From positions 186,001 to 250,000 of the forward strand of contig NZ_JAJQXW010000001.1 in the NCBI RefSeq assembly GCF_021246445.1: a stretch of DNA of 64,000 bases, read 5' to 3'. The notes beneath the pieces are model-generated. The model was not told where the DNA came from. It saw nothing but the letters and a program-made list of their open reading frames with translations, and searched no databases. Source of the stretch: Rhabdothermincola salaria (GTDB lineage Bacteria; Actinomycetota; Acidimicrobiia; Acidimicrobiales; Acidimicrobilacustridaceae). The translations under genes and the position numbers were made by a program. Positions 18,929 through 28,903 of this stretch are shown piece after piece. Numbering within the stretch: position 1 is the stretch's first letter; every line of letters starts with the position of its first letter.

Positions 18929-20374
18929 ATGACGACAGACCACCACCGACGAACAGCGACCGAGAGAGCAGGGGATCACGGTCGTGCACGGCCCAGGCGA
19001 CGGGCGGTGCTCGCGCTCGCGGTCGCGCTCGCCCTCACCGCAGGCGCGTGCGGCGGGGGGCGCGAGGACGCCGACCCCGGCGAGCCCGGGGCCACCGACA
19101 CGACCACCTCGGCTCCCGAGGCGCCGACGACGGGGTTCGGGGACCTGGCCTCGCCCTGCGGTCCCGGTGATGCGTCCGGGGCCACCGACCAGGGTGTGAC
19201 CGACACCTCGATCACCATCGGCTACGGCGACGACGCCGGCTTCAGCGGCGCCCCCGGCCTCAACCAAGAGCAGTCCGCGGCGGTCGCCGCCATGATCGAC
19301 TGGTGCAACGAGCAGGGAGGCATCAACGGTCGCGAGGTCGTGGGTCGCTACTACGACGCCAAGGTCACCGAGGTCAACAACGTCATGACCGAGGCCTGTG
19401 CCCAGGTCTTCATGCTGGTCGGGCAGGGGTTCTCGCTCGATTCCGGCCAGGAGCAGACGCGCGTCGGCTGCGGCTTGGCCTCGGTTCCCGCGTGGTCCGT
19501 CAGTCCGGCCTTCGCCAATGGGCCCCTGATGGTCCAGCCGGCCCCCAACCCGGTGGACGTGGTGAGCATCCAGAACGCTTTCGCCCTGGCCGAGCTCTTC
19601 CCCGAGAAGATCACCAAGGCGGCCGTGATGACGGCCAACTACGCCGCCACCAAGGACACGACGGACAAGGCGCAGTTGGCCTTCCCCGCCGCCGGGTGGG
19701 AGTTCCTCGACTGCGAACAGACCTACAACATCGCCGGCGAGGCCGACTGGCGGCCGTTCGTCCAGCGCCTCAAGGACTGCGGTGCGGAGATCGTGCTGTT
19801 CTCCGGTTCACCGGCACCGAACTTCCAGAACGTCCTCGACGCCGCCGCCCAGCTGGACTTCGAGCCCGTCTGGAGCATGGACGCCAACTTCTACGAAGAG
19901 TCGTTCGCGGCATGGAACCAGAACGGCTTCGCCGACAACGTCTACGTGCGGATGACCTTCACGCCCTTCGAGCAGGCGGCGAACAACCCGGCGACCCAGC
20001 AGTACCTCGACCTGCTCGAGGAGGCAGGCAGTCGGGTGAGCCTGCTCGGTGCCCAGGCCATCTCGGCGTTCTTGCTGTGGGCCACGGGTGCCCAGGCGTG
20101 CGGGTCGGAGCTCACCAGGGCCTGTGTCATCGACACGCTGCTCGAGGTCGATGACTGGACCGGTGGCGGCCTGCAGGCCACCACCGACCCTGGTGCCAAC
20201 CTGCCGTCCACGTGCGGGATGATCGTGAAGCTCGAGGGCACCACCTACGAGCAGGCCTATCCGGAGACGCTCGGCGAGTTCGACTGCGACCCTCGCTACA
20301 ACGTCACCATCACCGGACCGGTCGTCGACCAGGCCCAACTCGACGACGACCGGGTGTCACGCGCCTTCGGGTGA
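18929..20374 (+). CDS. ABC transporter substrate-binding lipoprotein (LivJ-like fold)
   Basis: Lipobox LTAGAC, GVTDTSITIG, NEQGGINGR. Confidence 0.85.
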   Translation: MTTDHHRRTATERAGDHGRARPRRRAVLALAVALALTAGACGGGREDADPGEPGATDTTTSAPEAPTTGFGDLASPCGPGDASGATDQGVTDTSITIGYGDDAGFSGAPGLNQEQSAAVAAMIDWCNEQGGINGREVVGRYYDAKVTEVNNVMTEACAQVFMLVGQGFSLDSGQEQTRVGCGLASVPAWSVSPAFANGPLMVQPAPNPVDVVSIQNAFALAELFPEKITKAAVMTANYAATKDTTDKAQLAFPAAGWEFLDCEQTYNIAGEADWRPFVQRLKDCGAEIVLFSGSPAPNFQNVLDAAAQLDFEPVWSMDANFYEESFAAWNQNGFADNVYVRMTFTPFEQAANNPATQQYLDLLEEAGSRVSLLGAQAISAFLLWATGAQACGSELTRACVIDTLLEVDDWTGGGLQATTDPGANLPSTCGMIVKLEGTTYEQAYPETLGEFDCDPRYNVTITGPVVDQAQLDDDRVSRAFG

Positions 20375-20405
20375 CACCAACTCGCCGGACGCTCGAGCGA
20401 TCCGT

Positions 20406-20443
20406 GTGAGAGGGGCCGCGGGCTCACCCGCGGCCCCTCTCAC
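20406..20443. terminator. 17-bp GC-rich hairpin, probable terminator
   Basis: GTGAGAGGGGCCGCGGG-CTCA-CCCGCGGCCCCTCTCAC after the SBP stop. Confidence 0.75.
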
Positions 20444-20584
20444 GGGGTCCGGACCCCGTCCCCGTGGCTCGCATCGCCGCCTCGGAGGCCGACCGTCGCC
20501 GCTGCGCTGCGGCCCCGGGTGCTGGACGCGGCCGGGTGGGGGCTCTAGCGTGACGGGCGTCACACAAGGTGCCCAGGAGGCTCC

Positions 20585-20770
20585 ATGGAGACCACGCCCG
20601 AACGTCGTCCGCTCTGGGAGCGTTGCATGGCAGCCGTCGCCGCTGCCGATCCCGAAGGGGTCTCGCTGTGGACGCTCGCGGCCATGTCCGAGGACCTGGG
20701 TGTGACCTCGCTCCGCCCCACGGAGGTGAGTCCGCGGCGGCCGTCGAACTCGTCGCCCGGCGACGCCTGA
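20585..20770 (+). CDS. Small hypothetical protein (61 aa)
   Basis: AGGAGG SD immediately before ATG. Confidence 0.5.
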   Translation: METTPERRPLWERCMAAVAAADPEGVSLWTLAAMSEDLGVTSLRPTEVSPRRPSNSSPGDA

Positions 20771-20797
20771 CCCACCGAGAGGGCCACGTCGCTGGTT

Positions 20798-21191
<394 letters not shown>

Positions 21192-21333
21192 CTCCAGTGT
21201 GCCGCGTCTCGCCCCCGGATGGGCACGGAGACCCGGCCCGCCGGGGCCCGAACGCGCCGGAGGGGTGCGCCGGGCACCCCTCCGAGGTTCGTGCTGCGGT
21301 CTGTCGTCGCCCCGGGTCGGGACGGGCGACGGG

Positions 21334-22134
21334 TCAGTCGACGTAGGCCAACTCGGGCGCGGCCGCCCCGGTGCGCAAGAACGGCGTGGGCACCTGGGAC
21401 GTGCCGAGCACGCCGTAGAGCACCGACAGGTGGCGGGCCTCCACCCCTCCGATCGACATGATCGTCTGGCGCAGCTCGGGGGTGGTGAGCACCCCGGCCG
21501 CCTTGACGTAGGTGGCGGCGGCCAGGCTCTCGAGCGACACCGCCAGCTGGACCACCATGGTCTCGTCGGCGGCGGCCTCGAGGCCGGGCTGGACGACGTT
21601 CTCGAGGAGGAACTGGTTGGGTCCGGAGACCTCGGTGGCGCCGAGGTTGCGCAGCGTCTCGCCCAGCGCCTCGCCGTGCTCTCGGTGCTGGCCCTGGAAC
21701 AGACGAGCGGTGGCGGCGATGGCCGAGGAGGTCACCAGGTCCGAGTCGAGCGCGGCCTGGTAGGCGTCGACGGCCAGCAGCTCGATGGACTGCCCCGTCT
21801 TGAGCAGCACGATGTTCTCGGCGGGCGAGCCCGGCGCAGTGGTGGTCGTGCTCTCCGGCACGGTCGGTCCCGCACCCGTGACCGGGATCTGGTCGGTGGA
21901 GTCCGAGCCGCACGCGGCCAGGACGGCACCGGCGGCGAGGGTGGCGCCTCCGGCGAGGAAGGTGCGGCGGGCCGGGAGACCGAGGAGCTGGGCCTGATCA
22001 TCGGTGCTGGCCCCCGAGGCGGGGTCGAACACCCGGCTCAGGGCGCGGCGCCAGGCCGGGAGGACAGCGTCGTGCTCGCGCTGGGAGGCCCGGAGCTGAC
22101 GGCGGATCTCGTCGTTGGGAAGATCGGCAGGCAT
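21334..22134 (-). CDS. Tat-exported ferritin-like lipoprotein
   Basis: ARRTFL plus LAAC lipobox; IELLAVDAY, HREH, LESLAAATY, VEARH. Confidence 0.85.
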   Translation of the reverse strand: MPADLPNDEIRRQLRASQREHDAVLPAWRRALSRVFDPASGASTDDQAQLLGLPARRTFLAGGATLAAGAVLAACGSDSTDQIPVTGAGPTVPESTTTTAPGSPAENIVLLKTGQSIELLAVDAYQAALDSDLVTSSAIAATARLFQGQHREHGEALGETLRNLGATEVSGPNQFLLENVVQPGLEAAADETMVVQLAVSLESLAAATYVKAAGVLTTPELRQTIMSIGGVEARHLSVLYGVLGTSQVPTPFLRTGAAAPELAYVD

Positions 22135-22151
22135 GGTTGGTCCTCTCGGGA

Positions 22152-22919
22152 TCAGCCGGCGAAGTCGGCGGGGTTGAAGGCGGCCTCGGTGGTGCCGAAG
22201 GCCGGCATCCAGTCCGACTCGGGCAGCTCGAGCATCTGGCCGAGCACGACCGCGTGCTGGGACTCGATGGGGAGGATCGTGGCCGCCGGCCCCGCGGCGA
22301 GCCAGGACTGCAGGGACCCGAGGGCCAGCAGGTAGGTCGCGGCCGCGCCTTCCTCCACGCCGTACATGACCTGCAGGAGCGCGTCCTGGTCGCCGGCCCC
22401 CTCGATCTGGGGGACGACTGCGTCGACGACGGCCCCGTTGGGGTCGGCGACCACGTCGGCGGACGGCAGCAGCGAACCGAGGGCGGTGGCGTGCTCGCGA
22501 TGGTGTCGGGCGAACGTGCGGCAGGTCTCGACGGCCATGGGGTCGAGCAGGTTGGTGTCGACGGCGAGGCCGTAGGCCGCCACGGCGGCCAGCTCGATGC
22601 CCTGGGCGAAGGAGACCAGCTCGATGTCGGCGGCCGGGAGGTCGGCGCCGTCCTCCTCGCCGTCGCTGCTGCTGCCGGCACCGCTGCCGCTGTCCTCGGC
22701 GGCGGAGGCGGCCTGGGCGAGGGCCAGCCCGGAGATGCCGACGGCGCCGAAGGCCACGGCGCCGGCGCCGAGGTTGCGGACGAAGCGACGGCGGGAGGCG
22801 ACCAGGTCGGGGTCGCTGTCGTCCAGGTGGACCGCGGCCAGATCGTCGCCGATCGTGCGCATCGCGTCGCGGTGCTGGTCGTCAACCTCGTCCACCAGGC
22901 GGCGGATCCTCATCGACAT
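22152..22919 (-). CDS. Tat-exported ferritin-like protein
   Basis: SRRRFV...AASA signal; IELAAVAAY, HHREH, VEEGAAATY, IESQH. Confidence 0.85.
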   Translation of the reverse strand: MSMRIRRLVDEVDDQHRDAMRTIGDDLAAVHLDDSDPDLVASRRRFVRNLGAGAVAFGAVGISGLALAQAASAAEDSGSGAGSSSDGEEDGADLPAADIELVSFAQGIELAAVAAYGLAVDTNLLDPMAVETCRTFARHHREHATALGSLLPSADVVADPNGAVVDAVVPQIEGAGDQDALLQVMYGVEEGAAATYLLALGSLQSWLAAGPAATILPIESQHAVVLGQMLELPESDWMPAFGTTEAAFNPADFAG

Positions 22920-23174
22920 GGTGTGTCCTCTTCGTACGGTGGGTGCAGTCGGTGCAGGTGGTGGGCGTCGAGAGCGCTGGCCCCGTGGCCCGTCCCGGGG
23001 CCGAGGCTCCGGATGTTGCGGTCGGTGGCGGCCGGAGGGGACGCCGGATACCGAGCAGCTTTGCGCAAAGCAGGTCGGCTGATCACATCGGCCCGGCGCG
23101 CCGCAGGTGCTGCCGTGGGCGAGTCTCGCACTGCCTCGTGGCTCCCGGGCGGACCGGCGGCGATGTCGCCGGCC

Positions 23175-24617
23175 TCAGAAGTCCAGGCCCGAGAGCTCCG
23201 GGTACCACTCACGGGCCCGGGCGACGGCGCGCTGCCAGCGGTCGCGGTCGGGCTCGGACGCCGGGTCCACGACGACCCGGGGGCTCCAGGTGGCGGCCAC
23301 GTCGTCCCACCCGCCCCAGGTGCCGATCGCCAGCCCGGCGAGGTAGGCCGCCCCCAGGGTGGTGGCCTCGGTGACGGGGGAGACCTCGACACGGCGGCCG
23401 GTGGCGTCGGCGAGGGCCTGGACGAAGGTGGGGTTGTCGCTCATCCCGCCGTCGACGCGCAAGGCGTCGATGTCCTGGCCGGCGTCGGCGGCGGCCGCCT
23501 CCACCAGGTCGGCCCCCCGGTGGGCCACCCCCTCCAGCACGGCGCGCACCACGTGGGCCCGGCCCGTGCCCCGGGTGACCCCCAGCAGCGTGCCCCGCGC
23601 CCCGTAGTCCCAGTGGGGCGTGCCCAACCCGAGCAGGGCCGGCACGTAGACCACGCCCTCGGTGTCGGTGCAGCCCTGAGCCACGTCGTGGGACTCGGCG
23701 ACGGTGGGGATGAGCCCCATGTCGTCGCGCAGCCACTCGACGTTGGTGCCGGCCGACAACATGATCGCCTCGAGGCCCCACACGAGCTCGTCGCCCCGGC
23801 GCCACGTGACGATGGGGAAGGTGCCGCCTTCGGAGCGGGCGGCGGCGACGGGACGCTCGGGGCCGGTCACCAGATCGAGCATGCCGCCGGTGCCGAAGGT
23901 GATCTTGGCCGGTCCGGGTGCCACGCACCCCTGCCCGATCAACGACGCCTGCTGGTCGCCGGCCAGCCCACAGATCGGTGGGGCGCCCGGGAGGGCCGAC
24001 GCCTCGGCGATGGGCCCCGAGGAGTCGACGAGGCGCGGCAGCGTGCCCGCCGGGATCCGGAGGCGGTCGAGCACGGCCGCGTCCCAGCCGGTGGCCGGCC
24101 CGTCGAGGAGGCCGGTGACGGCGGCATTGGTCAGGTCGGTGACGTGGGTCGTGCCGCCGGTCAGGTGCCAGGTGATCCAGGCGTCGACCGTGCCCGCGCA
24201 CAGGTCCCGGGTCCGGTCGGGGTCGGCGGCGTCCAGCAGGTGGGCGATCTTGGTGGCGGACTGGTTGGGGGCCAGGCGCAGGCCGTCGGCCTGCAGCGTC
24301 AGGCAGTCGCCCACGGTGCGCAGGTCCTGCCAGCCCAGCGCGGGAGCCACCGGCTCACCGGTGGCCCGGTCCCACACGACCACAGAGGCCCGCTGGTTGG
24401 CGATGCCGACGGCCTCCACCGGCCCGCCCTCGGCCAGCACCCGCCGGGCCACGTCGAGGGCGGCGTCGGCCATGGCCGCGGCGTCGAACTCGACGAGGCC
24501 GGGTGCCGGACTGTCGGGCAGCACCTCAATGCGCGCCTCGACCGCGACGGTCGCGTCGGGTCGCACCACCGCGGCGCGCACACCCGACGTCCCCACGTCG
24601 ATCACCAGGATGCTCAT
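23175..24617 (-). CDS. glpK: Glycerol kinase-like FGGY kinase
   Basis: IDVGTS, GIANQR, WQDLRT, AGDQQA, KITFGTG, GLGTPHWD, LRVDGG. Confidence 0.75.
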   Translation of the reverse strand: MSILVIDVGTSGVRAAVVRPDATVAVEARIEVLPDSPAPGLVEFDAAAMADAALDVARRVLAEGGPVEAVGIANQRASVVVWDRATGEPVAPALGWQDLRTVGDCLTLQADGLRLAPNQSATKIAHLLDAADPDRTRDLCAGTVDAWITWHLTGGTTHVTDLTNAAVTGLLDGPATGWDAAVLDRLRIPAGTLPRLVDSSGPIAEASALPGAPPICGLAGDQQASLIGQGCVAPGPAKITFGTGGMLDLVTGPERPVAAARSEGGTFPIVTWRRGDELVWGLEAIMLSAGTNVEWLRDDMGLIPTVAESHDVAQGCTDTEGVVYVPALLGLGTPHWDYGARGTLLGVTRGTGRAHVVRAVLEGVAHRGADLVEAAAADAGQDIDALRVDGGMSDNPTFVQALADATGRRVEVSPVTEATTLGAAYLAGLAIGTWGGWDDVAATWSPRVVVDPASEPDRDRWQRAVARAREWYPELSGLDF

Positions 24618-24631
24618 CTGGTTCCCCCTCG

Positions 24632-25006
24632 TCAGTCGTTGCGGGCGTTGGTGTTGGCCGCTCTCCACAGGGCCACGTAGGCGCCGATGGACCCGAGCGA
24701 GGCGAAGGCCAACACCCAGAAGGCCAGCGCGATCGGGTTCGGCAGGGTGCGGGTCCACACGGTGTAGACGAGCTGGGCGCCGAGGAAGGTGATGGCGCCG
24801 GCGATGGCTCCGTGCATGAAGGCGCGGTCGGGGAGCGAGCGGGCGGCGGCGAAGCCGGCGAGCGCCCCGCTGAACAGCACGATGCCGAACATGGCGGAGG
24901 CGACGAGGCCGGGCCCGACGGCTTGCCTGACGACGGCGGCCGGGAGGGCGAAGAAGAGCCCGTTGAGGATGCCGGCGAGCAGCACGCGGCGATCGAGCAC
25001 GCTCAT
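24632..25006 (-). CDS. Small four-TM membrane protein
   Basis: MSVLDRRVLLAGILNGLFF..., four hydrophobic segments, 4-nt overlap with upstream gene. Confidence 0.75.
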   Translation of the reverse strand: MSVLDRRVLLAGILNGLFFALPAAVVRQAVGPGLVASAMFGIVLFSGALAGFAAARSLPDRAFMHGAIAGAITFLGAQLVYTVWTRTLPNPIALAFWVLAFASLGSIGAYVALWRAANTNARND

Positions 25007-26565
25007 GGTGTCTCCGTGCCGATGCTCGAGGGCGGGAAGTGGGCCGGGCCGAACGGCGAGGGGATCCCCAGCTTGCCGGGGTTCAGGATGCCGTGGGGGT
25101 CGAGGGCGTGCTTGACGGCGGCCAGCACCTCCAGCCCGCCGCTCCCGAGCGCCCGCGACACGAACCGGGCCCGGTTGACACCGACGCCGTGGTGGTGGCT
25201 GAGCGACCCGCCGCGGTCGAGCACCGCGGTGGTGCCGGCGTCCCAGCAGCGCTCGTAGAACGTCAGCTTCTCGGTGGCGGAGGGATCGTCTGACGGTTTG
25301 CCGGCGAAGGTGAAGTAGAGGCACGCCCCGTCGGCGTAGCTGTGCGACATGTGGGCCGAGGCGGCCAGCACCCCGGGGACGGCGGCGATGGCGTCGCGGG
25401 CGGCCTCGTAGATGTCCGGCAGGGCGCCCCAGCGTCCGGTGACCTCCATGGTGTCGACCACGTAGCCCCGAGAGATCAGCGCCTCGAGAGCGCTGACGTC
25501 GTTGCGGTGGGCGTGCCAGCGCTCGACGAGGTCGTCGTCGAGGCGGTCGGCGGTATGGCACTCCTGGGCGGTGACGGCCATGGCGGCCTCCACGAGGAGG
25601 GGGTCGCCCTCGTCGAGGACCAACAGCACGGTCGTGTCGCCCGTCGACCAGCTGCGATCGGCCTCGACGGCGTCGTAGAGGCGCAGAGCGGCCGGCGTCG
25701 CCCCCCGACGCAGGATGCGGCGGCAGGCCTCGAGCCCGTCGGCGAACGACGCGAACCCGTAGGCAGCGCGCTGCTCGGTGTCCGGGGCGGGGTGGACGCG
25801 CAGCCGGGCCCCCGTGATCACCCCGAGCGTGCCCTCGGACCCGACGAAGAGCTGGTTCAGGTCCGGTCCCACCGCCTGGCGGGCGTGGCCGCCGGTGGTC
25901 AGCGTGCGGCCGTCGGCGAGCACCACGTCGAGGCCGAGCACCATGTCCTCGACCTTGCCGTAGCGGTTCGAGAGCTGTCCGGCCCCACGGCACGCCAGCC
26001 AGCCGCCCACCGTCGACAGCGAGATCGATTGTGGCCAGTGCCCGACCGTCAGGGCGTGGTCGCGACGCAGGTCGGCTTCGAGGCGGTCGCCGAAGGTGCC
26101 GGCCGCGACGTCGAGGACCAGTGACGTCTCGTCGACGGCTCGGATCCCGGCCAGGCCGCAGAGGTCGAGCACCACCCCGCCGTGGAGGGGGATCGAGCCG
26201 CCGACCACACCGCTGCGGCCCGCCGCCGGGGTGACCGGTACCGACGCCTCGTGGCAGAGGCGCAGCACGGCCGCCACCTGCGCCGGGCTGGTGGGCCGGG
26301 CCACCGCGGCCGCCAGGCCGCCGACCTGGTTCTCGAGGGCCCAGGTCATGGCGAGAGGCCACCAGTCGCGGCTGGCCTCCGTGCGCTCGGCCGTATCGAC
26401 GGTGACGTCGGCGCACACGCTCCTCAGGCGGGCCAGCAGCGCGTCGTCGACGGCCACGTGGGCGGCCTCGACCCGTGCCGTGGTCGCCGCGGGATCTCCG
26501 GCCAGGGCGATGGGCGCCGTGGGTCGACCCGGACCGACGGGTTCGGTGGTGGGTTCGGTGGCCAC
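25003..26565 (-). CDS. FAD-binding oxidoreductase, alkyl-dihydroxyacetonephosphate synthase-like
   Basis: GHWPQS..STVGGW, GPDL..LFVGSEGTLG, HMSHSYADGACLYFTF, SHHHGVG. Confidence 0.88.
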   Translation of the reverse strand: MATEPTTEPVGPGRPTAPIALAGDPAATTARVEAAHVAVDDALLARLRSVCADVTVDTAERTEASRDWWPLAMTWALENQVGGLAAAVARPTSPAQVAAVLRLCHEASVPVTPAAGRSGVVGGSIPLHGGVVLDLCGLAGIRAVDETSLVLDVAAGTFGDRLEADLRRDHALTVGHWPQSISLSTVGGWLACRGAGQLSNRYGKVEDMVLGLDVVLADGRTLTTGGHARQAVGPDLNQLFVGSEGTLGVITGARLRVHPAPDTEQRAAYGFASFADGLEACRRILRRGATPAALRLYDAVEADRSWSTGDTTVLLVLDEGDPLLVEAAMAVTAQECHTADRLDDDLVERWHAHRNDVSALEALISRGYVVDTMEVTGRWGALPDIYEAARDAIAAVPGVLAASAHMSHSYADGACLYFTFAGKPSDDPSATEKLTFYERCWDAGTTAVLDRGGSLSHHHGVGVNRARFVSRALGSGGLEVLAAVKHALDPHGILNPGKLGIPSPFGPAHFPPSSIGTETP

Positions 26566-26566
26566 C

Positions 26567-28258
26567 TCAGGCTCCCACGGCGGCGTCGAGAGCCACCTCG
26601 GGCAGGTCCGGGGCTCGGCGCTCGTCGGCCACTGCGGCCCGATACCGCTCGACCTGCCGAGCGGTCTCGGCCGCGTCCCACCCCAGCTCCGGTGCGATCA
26701 GGGCCGCGACGTCGGCGGCTGCGGCCGCCGAGTCGTCGCGAGCCAGGAGGCGGGCCCGGGTGCGGCGGCTGAGCACGTCGTCGAGGGTGCGGGCCATCTC
26801 GTAGCGCACCGCGTAGACGGCCTCGGCCCGCAGATAGGGGAGACCGTCGACGAGCGGGCGGGCCAGGTCCGGGTCGCGTTCGGCGATGGCCAGCACGGTG
26901 CGGGCCTCCCCGCCGTGGCGGTCGGCCAGGTGGACCACGATCTCGGCGCCGAGCGGCGAGACCCCGTCGGCGTCCTCGACCAGCTCCTCGTAGCCCGCCG
27001 CGCCGTGGAGGCGCAGGCGGCGGGTGCGGCTGTGGCGCTGGGCCCGTTCGAGGACCCGGGCCTCGAGCACGTGCTCGAGGACCTCGTCCACCGTGTCCGC
27101 AGCCATCTCCCGGTAGGTGGTGAGCTTGCCGCCGGTGATGGTGACGACGCCGCTGGGGGATCGCTGCACCTTGTGGCGCCGGGACAGGTCGGCGGTGCGC
27201 CCCGGTGAGGCCGAGGCCACCAGAGGTCGCAAACCGGCCCACGTGGCGACCACGTCGTCGACCGTGAGCGCGGCGGTGGTGGAGCCGTTGACGGCGTCGA
27301 GGAGGTACTGCACGTCCTGCGGGGTGCACTGGGGGTCGTCGAGGGGGCCGTCGTAGTCGGTGTCGGTCGTGCCGACGAACGAGAAGTCCCCCCAGGGGAC
27401 GACGAAGACCGACCGCTTGTCGGCGGGTACGGGGATGACTGCGGCGATGTCGTTGCGCAGCCGGTGCCACGGAACGGTGATGTGGATGCCCTTGGCCGGT
27501 CGGATCGTGGCGTCGGCGGTCGGGTCGTCGAGGGCCCGGATGTCGTCGGCCCACACGCCGGTGGCGTTGATCACCGAGTCGGTGCGCACGGTGAGGGTCT
27601 GGCCGTCGGCCTCCACCTCGACGGCCACCACCCGATCCTGGTCGTCCTTGGTCAGCCCGCTGACCTCGACGCGGTTGGCGACGACCGCGCCGAACTCGAG
27701 GGCGGCGGTCCGGGCCACGGCGAGCGACAGCCGGGCATCGTCGGCCCGAGCGTCGTAGTAGAGGTAGGACGGTAGGAGGCGCTCCTCGGGCAGGACGGGG
27801 AAGTGGGCTCGTGCCTCGCGGGGTGAGATCCGCTTGTGGAGCTTGCCGATGCGGACGCCCCCGGTGAGGTCGTACATCCACATGGCCGACCCCATGGCCC
27901 GGGCCAGCTTCTTGTTCACCACCCCCCGCGAACCGAAGATGGGGATCAGGAACGGGAGGGTCTTGACCAGGTGGGGAGCGTTGTGGCGCAGCCGCTGGCG
28001 TTCGAGCAGGGCCTCGTAGACGAGGCGGATGTCGCCCTGTTGCAGGTAGCGCAGCCCCCCGTGCACCAGCTTGGACGACTTCGACGACGTGCCCGAGGCG
28101 AAGTCGTCGCGCTCCACCAGAGCCGTGCGCAGGCCACGTGAGGCGGCGTCGAGCGCGCAGCCGACTCCGGTGATGCCACCCCCGACGACCACCACGTCGA
28201 AGCGGGTGTCGGCGAGGCGACGGAGAGCATCGGATCGGTCGAACGCGCCGGGGAGCAT
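26567..28258 (-). CDS. glpD: Glycerol-3-phosphate dehydrogenase (FAD)
   Basis: GGGITG, DFASGTSSKSSKLVHGGLRYL, GTTDT, GGKLTTYR. Confidence 0.92.
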   Translation of the reverse strand: MLPGAFDRSDALRRLADTRFDVVVVGGGITGVGCALDAASRGLRTALVERDDFASGTSSKSSKLVHGGLRYLQQGDIRLVYEALLERQRLRHNAPHLVKTLPFLIPIFGSRGVVNKKLARAMGSAMWMYDLTGGVRIGKLHKRISPREARAHFPVLPEERLLPSYLYYDARADDARLSLAVARTAALEFGAVVANRVEVSGLTKDDQDRVVAVEVEADGQTLTVRTDSVINATGVWADDIRALDDPTADATIRPAKGIHITVPWHRLRNDIAAVIPVPADKRSVFVVPWGDFSFVGTTDTDYDGPLDDPQCTPQDVQYLLDAVNGSTTAALTVDDVVATWAGLRPLVASASPGRTADLSRRHKVQRSPSGVVTITGGKLTTYREMAADTVDEVLEHVLEARVLERAQRHSRTRRLRLHGAAGYEELVEDADGVSPLGAEIVVHLADRHGGEARTVLAIAERDPDLARPLVDGLPYLRAEAVYAVRYEMARTLDDVLSRRTRARLLARDDSAAAAADVAALIAPELGWDAAETARQVERYRAAVADERRAPDLPEVALDAAVGA

Positions 28259-28390
28259 GCAGGGAGCTTACGAACCTTCGCCGCCGGGACCACGAGCGGC
28301 GCCGGCGGGGAGGTCGCCGTCGGCGCTCGCGGTCGAGCCAGCGCTTTCTAGATAACAATCGTTGACGACAAGTGCTACGGTAGGTGGCAC

Positions 28391-28903
28391 ATGAAGACGC
28401 CTGACCAGCTGACCGACCTTTTCCGGGCCCATGGCCTGCGGGTCACGCCCCAGCGTCAGAGCGTCTTTCGGGCCCTGCACGGCAACCACGGGCACCCCAC
28501 GGCCGAGGCCGTGCACGCCCTGGTCGTGCAGGAGATGCCCACCGTGTCGTTGCGCACCGTGTACGCCACGCTCCACGACCTGGCGGCGATGGGCGAGATC
28601 GGAGAGCTCGAGCTGGGCACCGGCTCGGCCCGCTTCGACCCCAACACCAGCCTTCACCACCATCTGGTCTGCGACCGTTGTGGGAAGGTGCACGATGTGG
28701 AGGCGACCTTCGCCTCTGTCCGATTGCCGGACGACCTCGAGGGTGGCTTCGAGGTCTCGGGCACCGAGATCGTCTTCCGCGGAAGGTGCGGCCCGTGCCG
28801 CGCCGCGAAGGACGTGCAGCACCCCGGGCCGAGCCCGGACCCCGCCGCCCGGCTCTCGCCGGCCGGCTCCCAAACCCCATCAGGAGACGCACCACATGGC
28901 TGA
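28391..28903 (+). CDS. Fur family regulator (PerR-like)
   Basis: [31 protein letters not shown]. Confidence 0.92.
   Translation: MKTPDQLTDLFRAHGLRVTPQRQSVFRALHGNHGHPTAEAVHALVVQEMPTVSLRTVYATLHDLAAMGEIGELELGTGSARFDPNTSLHHHLVCDRCGKVHDVEATFASVRLPDDLEGGFEVSGTEIVFRGRCGPCRAAKDVQHPGPSPDPAARLSPAGSQTPSGDAPHG

Noticed and set aside
22137..24680. 847-aa plus-strand ORF and many similar long antisense or alternate-frame ORFs
   Set aside because: Shadow frames of real genes in high-GC DNA; Arg/Gly/Pro-rich with no motifs
28346..28372. PerR/Fur box
   Set aside because: AT-rich and plausibly an operator, but no convincing palindrome or consensus match
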